From: Macrostomum lignano
Taxonomy: Eukaryota
Assembly: GCA_002269645.1 (NCBI GenBank)
Contig: NIVC01001385.1
Span: 1 to 64,000 of the forward strand
DNA: 64,000 bases
Reading direction: 5' to 3'
Below are positions 50,001-63,142 of this stretch, piece after piece (position 1 is the stretch's first letter; every line of letters begins with the position of its first letter). The notes beneath the pieces were generated by a model that ran no database searches, was not told the DNA's origin, and saw nothing but the letters and a program-made list of their open reading frames with translations. The translations under genes were made by a program, and so were the position numbers.

Positions 50001-53000
50001 CACTAACACGATCGGAATCCTGAAGTCCGTCAGCTCGGCAAACTCTTTCCGGTACGAGGAGAAATTGCGCGCCGATGACAGAAGGTTGAGAAAGTTTTGT
50101 AGCGTCTAAAATGAAATTACGGAATTAGTTTACAGTTTAGAGTAGGATCTGATAAGTACCAGTTAATATCGGTTTATTTTACCGTCTGCACTTTTGTTGA
50201 AAGGCAGGCGTAAGTTTTGCTTAGTCGAGCAATTGAGCTGTGATTAAGACCGCCTATCACAGCCATCAGAGAGTTGTAGTTGTGCAGCCTGTGCAAGGCC
50301 TGTTTGGATTTGTTTGGATTTGGACAGGTATTATAATTGATTAGTTTAAACCCGCATTGGCTCAAAATAGTCATGACGGTGATAAAAATTACCTCGGCCA
50401 CGTCGAGAAACTTGGTAAATATTTTAGCTCTATCAGATGCCGCTGTTCGACTCAGAATCATGCACTGCACCCAGTGCGTGAGGCCGTTGAACAAGCAAAC
50501 TGACCTTTCCAAAAAGGGACAGTCGTGCAAATTCTCGGTCTTGGTGTAGTTTCTCAGGTCGGTAACCTGGTTGAGGAGAATGGTTTTAGGTGGGAGACTG
50601 TACAGAGCGAAGATAAAGCCTTACGATCCTTGGGACCAACTTGCACACGACAACGACTGCAAAGATACATCATTATGGGACATGTTGTAAGGCCTGAGCG
50701 TGAACACGGGCTAGAATGGTGGGGTTTTCACAAGGCCGAAACTTCACTTTGCCGTAAGCATCTTCCTTCACAAGGCCGAAACTTCACTTTGCCGAAAGCA
50801 TCTTCCTTCACAAGGCCGAAACTTCACATTGCCGTAAGCATCTTCCTTCACAAGGCCGAAACTTCACATTGCCGTAAGCATCTTCCTTCACAAGGCCGAA
50901 ACTTCACATTGCCGAAAAATCATTTTAGCAGCGTCTTTCACTAGGCCGAAATTTCACATTGCCAAAAATTTCCTTATGAAAGAGCATGCTAGCCATTTCG
51001 GCAATATTAAGTTTCGGCCTAGTGAGTGGCTGCTAAAATGATTTTCGGCAATGTGAAATTTCGGCCTAGTAAAGTTTCGGCCTTATGAAAGATTTACATG
51101 TTTTACCACTTGCTGTAGTACAATAGAAATGTAATACCAGTCTTTCAAGCTGTCGTTAGCACAGAGTCATCGTCGCTCGTTAGGAAGAGCAGTCCACAGC
51201 ACCCAGTCAAAGGATCAGCACGAACAGGAACGGCTATTGCGATCCTTCTGGCACACCTTACAAATGATTGCCTCAAAGACGTCCGACAATCTACTCAGTG
51301 CTGGCACAGCAATTTGGTGTACCCAATTAAACTTACAATACGTTGGCGAGAGTTCTTGTGGTAGTGAATATGTCAGGCAAAATAAGCATTGCAAATCTGT
51401 CTCGTGGTCATACCAGAACCAAACATACCAATAACAAAGCAAGTTAGCACCGGCTTAGTATATTTTAGCCATAGCTCATGAGAATCACAATTAGTCATTA
51501 TTACCCTGATCTTGCTGTAGGCCTTGAACTCGAGCACGGTAATCTGGGCTGCAATGGTTTCCGGTTCGAGCTGGTTGAAAAGCAGACAGTTCTCAGCTTC
51601 CTGTTGCTGCTGATGCTGCTGCTGCAGGTGCGGCTTGACTGTTCGCCTGTTTCGTTTCAAAGAGTCTAACTTTAACCACTGCGTCCCGGCCCTTTGAAAA
51701 GCAAAAATTGAGCTTGATTAAAAATCTCTACTCCATCAAGACATGTCTGGCACTATAGGGCGCACTAAATCCAGAGGACGTACCCGATTTTCGTGTCCAA
51801 CTGAAGCAGCTGCAGGTTCTCGTCCAGGTCTGAGCAGCTGACCCGTTTAAAGAAATCTCCAACCAGCTTGGCAGCGGTTCTGTTGTTCTTGAATGCTGCC
51901 GGATCTACGTTGGACCACGATCTTGAAGGTTTGAACAGGATAGCCTACGAAGTATTTTGAACTGGTAGCTATAAGTGGCTTATAGGCTTTTGTTAATTAA
52001 TTGAAGCCAAACGTTACTTCCAAGAGGGTAGCCTCGGTGTTAACGCGTCTGACTCTCACCAAAGTACGAGCGTTCGATTCCATGCTAAGCCACGTTAATT
52101 TGAGGCTCCTCAGTGAAATGCACATCGGGGCATGCTTCCTGACTCTCTGCAGACCGACTGTTGCCTTGATTTCTGGCTCCAAAGCCAAAGACCCTGTTAT
52201 GTCGCGCACTCTTGCAGTGCAAGTGCACCCGTCCTCCAGGTATGCTGATTTATCCCCAAGCGTCTCGTCCCCCTTTTTGATGTTTCCATGAATCAACCCT
52301 ACTGTCGGCTTATGCCATGTTTTATATTGTGTTGAACTCCCCCTTAATTGACACCTTGCTTGTTGTGCGGTGATTAGCTCACTCTTTTTCTCTCACTCTG
52401 CGCTGTGATTGGCTGGTGGGGTCGGAGCCGCCGAGGGTTGGGGTGGGGCTCTGGGCCTGCCTTTCCCTTTGCGTGCTGTGTCTTGTTTAGCTAAGCACAG
52501 TGTCACTCGCTGTCTCGCTGTACTGTACTGTATTACATTTGTTGTGCGCCAGCCAGTGCGTCCAGACGTTCTGCTGAAGGCAGCCTGCACCACTGCATCC
52601 ACCACTGCTGAAGGCGCATCCTGACACCCCAGACTCGGGGAGATTGTGAGCACTCTACTCATGCGCAGGCCAGCAAGAACCCGTGCAGTTGAGTACTGTA
52701 CTCTGTAGGACCCACATTACTGCCAAGGCTCGGAATCCATGGATACAGCACCTCCAAGTGAGCTAATTAAATTACCTGTAAGGATATTTCAAAGTCCCAA
52801 AGATTTTTTCCCTTTCTCACGATTCACCTATTGTATTGGATATGTCGTCAAAAAGAGCAATAACTTTGCTTGTAGTGCATCCGCGCTCAAGTACTTGATT
52901 TCCTCTATTAAGCAGCCTGAAAACTCACCTGAACATAGCGATGCCGCGACGCGTAGCTTGACAATTTTTCTCGCTAGCTGAAATGATCTCGGCGACCACC

Positions 53001-53848
53001 TGGGCCGATTCGGCTATCCATTCGTGCATTAGAAAGAATGTTGTTAGGAAAGGCTCGCACAGTACGACCACCTCTCGTGTGCTGGACACGTCTGTCGAGA
53101 ATTAATTTAATTTTGTTTGAGTTATGAAATACTTTTAAATAACAATTTTGACGTTTCTTTTGAAGATACAGTTCCGATTGGTGAGGACACATTTTCTAGA
53201 GGACGAATACCTAATACGAGCGTAGCATCAAAAGAATTTATTTAGAAAGCGGTCACAGGATCACAACCACGGCGTTGACACAGATGCCTACCAAAGCAGT
53301 TGAGCCCATAATTTACAAGGCCTGTCAATGTTCCACCTTGAACTGTCGCGGTGCCCAGTTGAAAATTGTCGCTCATTAGAACTTCACTGGACGGACAGCT
53401 GCTGAAATGTTTTGGTACACGGGCAGACTGTACAAACAGTAGACAAAACAAACTACAGTAAAACTACAGACTAAGAATGAATTGACAGACTCTAGTCAAC
53501 AGGTTAGAGTTATGGGGTTAGGATATAGTAATTTAGGTCTAGGTTAGGGTTCGGTTCGGCAGTCAATTCACCGGCAGTCAGTAGTCGTCGACCCAACATT
53601 GACAGGCTCTGCACCAAAACAGGCTGGCATTAACAAACTCTATAAGAAAACCGGCCCAGTTAGTATAACTATAGCTCTCGTACAGGCAAATTATCGTGGG
53701 GTTGCTATTCAGCTGCCCTTGCCGCTCCACCGTCAACTTACTCTAGCGTCATCTCGCTGGCATCGTCTGTGGATCGGCAAGGCCGAATCGCAAAGCGCTT
53801 TCGACGCAAGCGGGACTCCTTGCTGGCTGAGTCGGTATTTGAGTCCAT
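46591..53848 (-). CDS. RASGRP: Ras guanyl-releasing protein (RasGRP/CalDAG-GEF): REM, CDC25, 2 EF-hands, C1, coiled coil; exons 53848-53742, 53401-53292, 53091-52929, 51921-51784, 51691-51505, 50566-50393, 50299-50183, 50105-50008, 49919-49733, 49281-49204, 48304-48197, 48110-47995, 47668-47403, 47251-47085, 46761-46591 (~728 aa; start uncertain)
   Basis: LERSVCLFNGLTHWVQCMILS, HNYNSLMAVIGGLNHSSIARL, FRIPIVAVHLKDLI, HYTEDDIYEISLLREP; EF loops DHDKDGLISEAEF and DTDCDGKISKAEM; C1 HNF..TYFRPTFCDRC.GLLWGIRRQGWKCRDC..VHKHCKDAVVIEC; phases consistent across all exons. Confidence 0.93.
46790..47080. repeat. (TTAG)n microsatellite in the last RasGRP intron
   Basis: Tetranucleotide run. Confidence 0.97.
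47780..47925. repeat. 40-bp tandem repeat, ~3 copies, in a RasGRP intron
   Basis: ggtggttggtttgatggttaaggcggagaggggtacgtga. Confidence 0.85.
48610..48990. repeat. Degenerate G-rich ~25-bp minisatellite (ggctttatcgactggggagggggtt) in a RasGRP intron
   Basis: Diverged tandem copies. Confidence 0.85.
49575..49655 (-). mobile_element. Degenerate tRNA-like SINE head
   Basis: Minus strand ...ctttggctctgggaccttAGTTCGATTCTcgg resembles a B-box; no intact cloverleaf. Confidence 0.35.
50725..51090. mobile_element. MITE-like element with 42-bp subterminal direct repeats and inverted copies
   Basis: caaggccgaaacttcacattgccgtaagcatcttccttca ~4 copies on the left; reverse-complement copies (gtttcggcct) at ~51010-51090; TSD not identified. 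Confidence 0.5.
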
Positions 53849-55576
53849 CGAGCTTTGAGAGTGAGCAGAGATGATTACCACTGAGCTGCGCTTCCTCGAG
53901 GGAGATGGGAAATCGCTGATTTTATTGCCAGCGATTTGTGCGTGCTGGCCCTGCTCTAAAAGACCTGCGCCAATGCGCGCAGGTGTGCTCAACAGCGAGG
54001 AGAATCGGGTTTCGAAAAAACAGCCGCCCTACCTTGGAGATGCGGACAGTCACGTGTCCGCCTCATGGCCGATGTCCGGCGCGCAAAGGAAGATAAAAGC
54101 AGAAAATACATTGCAAAAGGGTTGCAGCTGGCCGGCGTCCAAAGCTTAGAAGCAAATCTTGCAAATCTTTTTTGCGATCGCGTGGAATATTCTTGGATGG
54201 ACATAATCTCTGGCACAATGAGCCGACTATAAATAGAGATGCCCAGGGTGCTCAACACGTCCCACTAGTGTCCAAGGTTTTATCCCGTGAACTTCATTTA
54301 TACTCAGCAGAAAAACCGATTTTAGATAGAGATCTTTGAAGTCCGGCGTATCACATAGCTGTTGCATGTAGCTTACTAATCTGTCGTTTGAATTGATTCA
54401 AGGCTCGCATCAATGTATTTCAATCCAAATAGTTAAAGAACTTTGCTGTTACAATTGGCTCTGCTGTTAGTGGAATTTTTGGAATAATTATGAAGATATC
54501 ATTTTGATGCATGTTGTCGTGCGATTCGTCCCAAGCACGCAGAGTGCACACACCTGACAATTGGAAAGCAAAAGGGGGCGCTGTACACCCTATGCGAGCG
54601 TGTGTATGAGCATGCGTGCCCGTGTACAGTAAGTGCTCTGCAGGAATCAGCGTATTGGGCAGAATTGCCTCAGTGCTGGCTGAAATTGTGAGGTCGATGT
54701 CGCCGCACGCGTTGCTCCAGAGTGCACACAGCGATCTTTCACATAATAATTTTTTATTAATGCAGAAACATTGGATAGAGAATTGGAGCATTAGTACACG
54801 TGATGGAGTACCCTTCACTCCCGCTGTCATAAAACTGAAGGTGATTCGGCGACGCAGTAAGTGAACTCTTTGTGAGATGTTCGATTGACTGAACTTCTGT
54901 GCCGCATGACAACGTGAGTTACGAGCACAAGACGCTACTATTAGTACAAATATTAGATTTTTATATTATTGAGTCATTGTATTGGAAATTCACATTGAAT
55001 TTGTTGTCTAAATTGTATAATGTATTTAAAAGCGAGGGCAGATGTTTTCTTTCTTACTATTATTAAATGCTTTGCACTCCCACTTCTCTGCCTGAGAGCC
55101 GAGCAGAGCAGTGTTAAAGAATCTACATGTACACTGTTTTACGGAGCATGCAGCATGTTGACGATCTGCAGTGTACACTGCTGAGTGGCTGTGCTCACCA
55201 AATGGCGATACAGTGAAGCTATCAATATATCGATAGATAGTCATATCGATTCATAGATAGTCATTTCGATATCGAGTCATATCGATATCGAAATATCGAT
55301 TTGACAGTGAAGTGAAGAGCCCCGTGGACTTGCGCGCACTCAAAATTCACATGCGCATTGTTCCTGATATTCTTGCCATGTGCAATGGTGAGAAACTCAT
55401 TTTTATCGATCTGATAGTTCTTGGTAATAGACGTTGAGTTAATATCGCTTCCACTACCGGTTTAAAGCGTTCTAATCTGTCACCGGTTGCAACATGCGAG
55501 AAATAGCAGCTTAGACTTCTCTCTCTGAGTCAACCAGTTTTGTTTCTTGAAAAAGTGGTTTCAAAATTATAGAGTA

Positions 55577-56566
55577 TAGCACTTTGCGTTGCACTTAAGC
55601 TTACGGGCAAATCACTTAATCCTAAGGCAGAATTACACTGGCGAGGGCAGCTGGCGATCGATTCCATGGTCCCAACTGGTGGCTAGTGGGCAATTTACCA
55701 GGGTACTTTAGCCTTGGGGCACAGACTTAATCCATTCATGCTCTATCGCAGTTTGAAAAGCTTTCAATCGGCCGCCCAGTGGGTGGTGTTGTGGCAAGGG
55801 TATAATTTTAATCGGTCAATTTGAGCAACATATGAGCAAATGAGTAAAGTATGAGCAAATGAGGGAACATAGGCAGGTGGTTGGATGGCCATAACAAAGT
55901 GGGAAAATAACAACAGCAGCTGCAACACAGTTCTGGCAATGAGCCAAAATGAGCAAAACATGGACATAGCTAAACGTTTTGCAGCAGGTTTTTCATCTGA
56001 GTTAGGGTTAGAAGCAGGTTAGCGTTGATTTTGTCAACGAGGTGCTGCACATGGGCAACTGCAAGTTTTGGTACTCGGCCGACGCCTTGGCTTTGGGGGA
56101 ATCGATGACGGCGTCCAGTAACTTCGTTTCGCCTTTGGATTGACAAAACAGTCTTAATGTTGACCTGGAACGTCGTCGCAACGTCGACCGGCCGCTCACC
56201 CCTGTCTAGGGCGTCGATGACGAGGCTGTGCTTTTCATCGCTCATCCTTGACCACGGTCTACGTTGTTGTCCGCCACCCATTCCATCTGGTGCAGTTTCA
56301 TAGCTAGCGTTGCTGGCCTCATCTTCCGAGCTCATGTTGCTGCGAGCCTTACCTGGTAGCTTCTACTCGACTGTAGTTCGCTTTGATAGAGCATGAATGG
56401 ATTAAGTCTGTGCCCCTAAAGTAAATTGCCCCTAAGGCTAAAGTAAATTGCCCACTAGCCACCACTTGAGACCATAGTATCGATCGGCAGCTGCCCTCGC
56501 CAGTGTAATTCTGCCACTTAGGATTAAGTGATTTGCCCGTAAGCTTAAGTGCAACGCAAAATGCAA
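55577..56566 (-). mobile_element. Internally deleted Tc1/IS630-like DNA transposon with ~170-bp imperfect TIRs
   Basis: TIRs ~55577-55746 and ~56385-56566 with TA outside both; ORF 56335-55970 is a transposase N-terminal HTH region (HSLVIDALDRGERPVDVATTFQVNIKTVLSIQRR..GR.PKL); no DDE domain. Confidence 0.72.
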
Positions 56567-57233
56567 TAGAAGAATAGAAGAAATGCATGGTATAAAACCA
56601 TTAACAACTAACAAAAAGAAAACACTGGACCAATCTGATCAAAGCAAAACTATGGCAAGAAACTCACTCATATGTCATACACTACATCAGCGTTGAAAAT
56701 TGAGCAACCCAAAGCATAGGTCAACTCAGCTATCCCAATTTTCAGTGAGAAACTAGCGATACCAATCAGCGCCCCCTTTTTAGGGGAGCCAAAAACAAAG
56801 AATGGAATACAATTTTTTGAATAAACTACATATACAAAGTAGCTTCTGACCTCAACCTTGAAACCTCAGAAATTCCCCCAAGCCTTGACATCTCAGCAAT
56901 TCCCCTAATGCATATTAGCCTTAACATCTCAGCAATTCCCCTCATACATGTAAGCAATGACATTTCAGCTTTTCCCCCTGTGAGCCTTGAAATCTCAGAA
57001 ATTTCTCTCGATGCTTATTGAAAAAGGGTTTTGTGCTGATGAAGGAAAAAATTTTTGCTGGTGAAAGTTTTGATTCATGGCAATTTATTCTTTTCAAAAA
57101 AAGAAAAAGTATTCCATAGTATAACAAGTATAGCAAGTAGTATAGTATAGCAAGAATTCCATTTTTGATAAATGGAAATGGAAATTAATGGTTACTGTTG
57201 GGCCAAAATAAAAACCACTTGGTGTCATTTTAA

Positions 57234-58500
57234 AGCCCCCCAGCGGGGGGCTGAATGGCTAGTCATCGTCATCAGGTGCTAATCTGGGGGAGTAGAGCTG
57301 ATCTGGGGAGTAGTTAATCTGGGGGCGAGTAGTGCTAATCTGGGCTGAGTAGTGCTAATCTGGAGCGAATTGGGCTAATTTGGGGGAGTAGTGCTAATCA
57401 GGAGCAGTGGGCTAATCTGGGGGGAGGTAGTGATAATCTGGGGGAGTAGTGCTAATCTGGAAGGGAATGGGGCTAATCTGGGCGGAGTGCTGATTTTGGG
57501 GTAGTGGTGCTAATCTTGGTGGTCATGAGACTTGCTAATCTGGGCGGAGTGCTAATCTGGAGCGAAGTGGGGCTAATCTAATCTGGGCTGAGGTAGTGCT
57601 AATCTGGGGGAGGGGAGTGGGGCTAATCTGAGGGGAGGTAGTGCTAATCTGGGGGGAGGTAGTGCTAATCTGGGCGGAGTGCTGATTTTGGGGTAGTGGT
57701 GCTAATCTTGGTGGTGAGACTTGCTAATCTGGGCTGAGTGCTAATCTGGAGGGGAGTGGTGTTATTCTGGGGGAGTAGCGCTAATCTGGGAGAGTAGTGC
57801 TAGTTCGATAGTGCTAATTTGGAGAAGTGCCAATCTGGGGGAGGAGGGGCTAATCTGGGGAAGAAAGGCTAATCTATGGGGAGTAGTACCAATCTGAGAG
57901 AGTAGTGCTAATCTGGAGAGGAAGTAGTGCTAATCTGGCGGAGTAGTGCTAATCTGAGGAAAGTAGAGCAAATCTGATGGTTGTCCTCGTGTCAGGTTTG
58001 TCGCGCAATTATTGCGAAATTTAATATTGCTAAAAAAAGACTACGAGCGTAACTTATACAATAAAATAACAAATAATGATAAGAGAACTATAAATGAATT
58101 GACATTGCAAAGTTACAAATATTGGGAAATGTAACAGAGCTTTTTTAGTCTCAGTAGAATCGGTGTACAACTGCTTCGAGATTTTCTACTGCAGAACTGC
58201 TTAGAGATTAGTGGCACTTGCTCAGCGACTGTGCAAAACTGCTTATAGATAAGCGCTAAACTGCTAAGAAGCCACCCGGAGGGGGGCTAAATGGCTAGTC
58301 CTCCTTCCTCCTGTATACTAAAAATGAAAATCTTGCTTGCTTGTATGCTTGTATGTGCGCAATCGATTTTCTCCCGAATGGCTTAACCGATTTTCATGAG
58401 ACTTGCACTGTTCGATCAGAAATTTTCCTGTGTCGGTACATGTGTCTTGGCTAAGAAATTTCTCGATGCTAAAGGCAATAAATATTCGAAAAACATGCTT
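57234..58500 (+). mobile_element. Non-autonomous Helitron-like units in head-to-tail arrangement
   Basis: Two 3' termini (GC hairpin then CTAG at 57259-62 and 58295-98), each followed by TC; after the second, a Helitron-like 5' region with a (GCTT)n microsatellite and ccgattttcatgagact. Confidence 0.6.
57283..57975. repeat. Highly degenerate ~19-bp repeat (gctaatctgggggagtagt) inside a Helitron-like unit
   Basis: Recurrent GCTAATCTGG core. Confidence 0.85.
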
Positions 58501-58677
58501 TTTAGCAAAGGTCAAGCAAACTTTTCGACTTAAAATGCATTGTAAGAATGCTAGAGAAAAAATGACTGGTTGAATTCTGATTCTGAAATAGATTGCATCA
58601 TAACTGAATTGTAACTCCGACTTGAATTGAAAATGCAGTGTGGAAGCGTAGCACCAGACTTGATTAGATTGAGTAGC

Positions 58678-61600
58678 TGTAAAGACTCAGCTTTGGTTGG
58701 CAGAACAGTCGACTTGTTAAATTATAATTCTCTTACTCAGCGTTTATATATTTGATTTTGAGCAACGTGCAATTGCACACAGATTGCGGGGGGGACGTTC
58801 CATCGCGTACGTGTTATGCACAGAGCGAGAAGGCTTGAGCCTGGTGAGCAAAGAAAAGGTTACGCGCAGGCGAACGACGAAATAACCAAAATAATAATTT
58901 TAACTAACTGAGGTCATCGCACCCCTTCACGCCTAAGTTAATAAGCACTATCGAATAGCATAGTTAAGGTCACTAGGTTCATCCTTCATCAGTGGTATGT
59001 CAGTCTGTCAGGCGCAGCACATTTCCGCTCCGAGCGCCGAAGCTGCGGCGCCGCATCCGTCGCACTCGCTTCCTCAGCCGGATCGTCACCGCCCAGGCCG
59101 ACTGTCATCGGTGGCCCGCTCTCTGGAGTGGCCTCGGCCGCCGGCGCTGGAGCAGCCTCGGCCGCCGTCGTTGAAGCCGGTGGCAGAAGCTCTTGCTGCG
59201 GTCTGTCTACCACTGGCTTGCGCATCTGATCCACGTGCCGGTGCGCGGTCCGGCCATCTTCAAAACGGCATGTGTAAGACACGGCACCGGAACTCGCCAT
59301 CACCGTCGCAGGTCTGAAGCGGCCGTCGTTCGCGAAATCCCGCGCCAGCACCGAGTCACCGACGTTGATGCAGCGATCCTGCGCGTGAGCATCGTGCTGC
59401 TCCTTTTGAAGCGCCTGCTGAGCCGCCACCTTAGCGGCCAAGTCAGGGCGGACTCGGTCCAGCAGCGTGTGCAGCCTCCGTCCCATCAGCAGCTCGCAGG
59501 GCGCCCTCCCGGTCGTCGCGTGAGGCGTCACTCGGTAGGTCAGCAGGAAACGGGCAACGCGCTCCTCCAAGGTGCCGCTCCGCTGCTTGGCCAGCGCCCG
59601 CTTCAGAGTTTGCACTGCACGCTCGGCCTGGCCGTTTGATGCAGGATGGTAGGGCGCCGTCCGCACATGCCGGATGGCGTTCTTTTCGAGGAACCTCTCC
59701 ATCTCTGCGCTGACCAGGTTCGGTCCGGTGTCCGACACCAAGACGTCGGGCAAGCCGTGGGTTGCGAAGCTCATCCGCAGCTTCTCGATCGTCGTTGCTG
59801 ACGAGGTCGAAGACGTTATGTGTACTTCGAGCCACTTGGAGTGGGCGTCAACAATGACCAGCAGCATCCGGCCCTCGACCGGCCCGGCGTAGTCGATGTG
59901 CAGGCGTGACCAAGGCTTTCCGGCCATGCCCACGGCTGCAGCGGAACCGGCCCCGGCGACTTCTGTGTCTCCTGGCACTCGGTGCACGTCGCGGCAGGTT
60001 GCTCAATTGCAGCGTCCAGCTTGGGCCACCAGAAAACGCTCCGAGAGAGCGCCTTCATCCTTGTGGCGCCTTGGTGACCTTGGTGCAGGCAGTGCAGCAA
60101 CGCAGCTCGATCGGCCTCGGGAATCACGACTCGGCAGCCCCACAGCAGGCAGCCGTCCTGGATGCTCAGTTGGTCCGCTCGCGAGCAGTACGGCTGTAGC
60201 TCTGGTGGTGGTCGATGCGGCCAGCAGCCGGACTCGGTGAATCGCAGAACACGCGACAGGTCGAGATCCGTTCTCGTCCATGTCCGGATGTGCCGAGCCG
60301 TCACGGGACTCTCGTCGATGAAGTCCATGAGCAGAACGATCTCGGCCGGTGTTGGCGCTGCCGCAGGCTTTTCGGGCAGCGGTAGCCGGCTCAGCGCGTC
60401 CGCTCGGAGAAGCGTCTTGCCTGAGCGGTGAACTATGGTGTACTGATAGCCGGCCAAGAGGAGCGCCCACCGCTGGATCCTGCCCGATGCTAGTGCTGGA
60501 ATCGGCTTGGACTGGTGCAGCAGCCCGAGCAGCGGCTTGTGGTCGCTCACCAGTGTGAAGTCTCGCCCGTAAAGATACATGTGGAACTTTTTGACACCGT
60601 AGACGATCGCCAGGGCCTCCTTCTCCAGCTGCGAATACCGGGTCTCAGCGTCATGCAGCGTGCGCGAAGCAAAGGCGATCGGGCGATCGACGCCGCCGAT
60701 GCGGTGGCTGATGACAGCACCGCTCCCGTAGGGCGAAGCGTCGCACTCCAACACCAGAGGCTTCTGCGGGTCGAAATGCGCCAGTATCGGCGCCTGGCTG
60801 AGCAGCGACTTGCACCGGCAGAACGCGTCGTCCTGGGCAGCCCCCCAAAGCCAAGGAGCCCCCTTGTTTAGCAGCCCGTTCAGCAGCGATAGCTCAGAAG
60901 ACAGATTCGGCAGAAACTTGCCATAGTAATTTACGAGCCCAAGGAAGCTGCGCAGCTGGGCCTGATCGCGGAGCTTGAGCGCGTCCAGGACCGCCCGCAC
61001 CTTGTCCTGCAGCGGGTGGAGGCCTTCAGCGTCGATCCGGTGGCCAAGGTAGCTGATGCTTTGCTGCAGGAAGCAACACTTATTCAAACAACAGCGCAGG
61101 CCGCTCTGCTGGAGCCGCTGAAGCACCTGTTCCAGAGTTTTCATGTGGCTGACGTCGTCCACGCCAGTGACCAGCAGGTCGTCGACGAAACAGGTGAAGT
61201 GAGATATTCCCTGCAGGAGGCAGTCCATCTGGCGCTGGAAAATGCCGACCGCCGGAGCCACCCCAAACTACAGCCTGGTGTAGCGCAGTAGGCCCTTCGA
61301 CGTGTTAATCGTACACAGCTCCTGCGATGCTTCGTCCAGCGGTAGCTGCGAGTAGGCCTGCGAAAGATCGAGCTTTGTGAATTTCTGACCTCCGGCCAGC
61401 TTCGCAAACAGTTCCTCAATCCTCGGCAACGGGTAGGTGTCGGGCTGCACGTCCAGGTTCACCATCTGCTTAAAGTCGGCGCAGATGCGGACGGAGCCGT
61501 CGGTCTTCAGTACGGGGACGATGGGCGACGCGTAGTCGGAGCTACTCACGGGCTTGAGCAATTCCTGCTCAATCTCCTTCTCAAGCTGAGCTTCTACTTT

Positions 61601-63142
61601 TTCTTTCAGTGCAAGCGGGACATTCCGGGCCTTGAAGAATCTCGGGCGCGCATCCGCCTTCAGCTGTAGGCGAACGGCTGGACCTGCGTATTTACCGAGA
61701 CCCGGCTCGAAAACTTCGGCGTACTTGTCTAGCAGGGCCTGCAGCTCTGGGTGCGCGTGCTGCCGCACCTGCTTGATGCCGCGCCAGTCCAGAGGCAGCT
61801 CGGCCAACCAGTCGCGGCCAATCAGGTCCGAGCCGGCACCGTCGACTACGAGCAGCGGCAGCACTTTACTGGCGGCCTCGGTCTGCACGCGGACCCGAAT
61901 CCGGCCGAGCACAGGCACCGCCTCGCCGGAGTATGTTCGCAGCAGGATGTTGGCGCGCTCGAGCTCCGGCCGTCCCCTCAGCACATTGTCGAAGGTTCTC
62001 GATGAGATGAGCGACACCGATGCTCCTGTGTCGACTTCCATGCGCACCGGCGTGCCATCGATCTCAACGGTGGTCTCGATCGGTGGAATCTTGCCGCTCC
62101 CACTGGACGCCATCGCGTGAAGCGAGAAGGTCTCCTCCTCCTCCACCTGCAGCTCCTGGACCGCCGTGTCGCCGCGGCGGCCTGCTCGTTGAGAAGCAGC
62201 GGCCCGATCCTCGCGCTTCGCAGCTGACTTGCGTGCCGCAGCGGTGTGGCCGACTTTCGAGCACGCGAAGCACTTCTTGCTGATGAAAGGACACCTGGCT
62301 ACTGGATGACGGTGTGACAGGCACCGATAGCACGGCTTGTGCGGCGGCGCAGCTGAATGTTGAAAAGCGTGCACGGTGTCAGAGCCGGTGGCTTTGGTCA
62401 CAAGCTGATTGCCTTCGGCCGCAGACTCGTGCGCTTGCGCCAGCGACAGGGCCTTCTCGGAGAACAGTCGACGCTGAAGCGCGTCATCGCCGATGCCCAG
62501 CACCAGTCGGTCTTGCAGCATGCTGTCGAGGCTTCCGCCGAAATTGCAGTCACGGGCCAATTTCCGCAACTCAGCCAGGAACTCCGCCACCGACTCGCCC
62601 TCCTGGCGGCTTCTGTTGTAAAACTTGAAGCGCAGGACAATCTCCGGAGGCACCGGATCGAAGTGCTCCTTTAGTTTGCCGCATATGTCAGTGTAGGTGG
62701 CTTGTTGGGCGAAAGCAGACTCGAGATCAGCTGGTAAGTATCCCTACCGCAGGTGCTCAGTAGTACAGCTCGCTTCTTCTCATCGCTGATTTCATTCGCA
62801 ACGAAAAATTGCTCCAGGCGCTCCTGGTATTGAGTCCAGGTTTCCATGCCCTCTTCAAATGGTCCGATTGAGCCTATCAGACTCATTCCTCGTCGCCACT
62901 GTAAAGACTCAGCTTTGGTTGGCAGAACAGTCGACTTGGTAAATTATAATTCTCTTACTCGGCGTTTATATTTTTTATTTTGAGCAACGTGCAATTGCAC
63001 ACAGATTGCGGGGGAACGTTCCATCGCGTACGTGTTAAGCACAGAGCGAGAAGGCTTGAGCCTGGTGAGCAAAGAAAAGGTTACGCGCAGGCGAACGACG
63101 AAATAACCAAAATAATAATTTTAACTAACTGAGGTCATCACA
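58678..63142 (-). mobile_element. Full-length Ty3/Gypsy (Mag-like) LTR retrotransposon, ~4.47 kb, gag-pol broken by 3 frameshifts
   Basis: LTRs 62900-63142 and 58678-58921 (TG...CA, a handful of differences); PBS GTGGCGACGAG immediately before the ATG; PPT GTGAAGGGG; flanks GTAGC/GTAAC; zinc knuckles, protease DTG, RT FVDD, RNase H CDASPYG, integrase H-H-C-C and D..D..E in PR-RT-RH-IN order. Confidence 0.96.

Noticed and set aside
58992-62674. Plus-strand ORFs over the Gypsy element
   Set aside because: Antisense shadows of GC-rich gag-pol.
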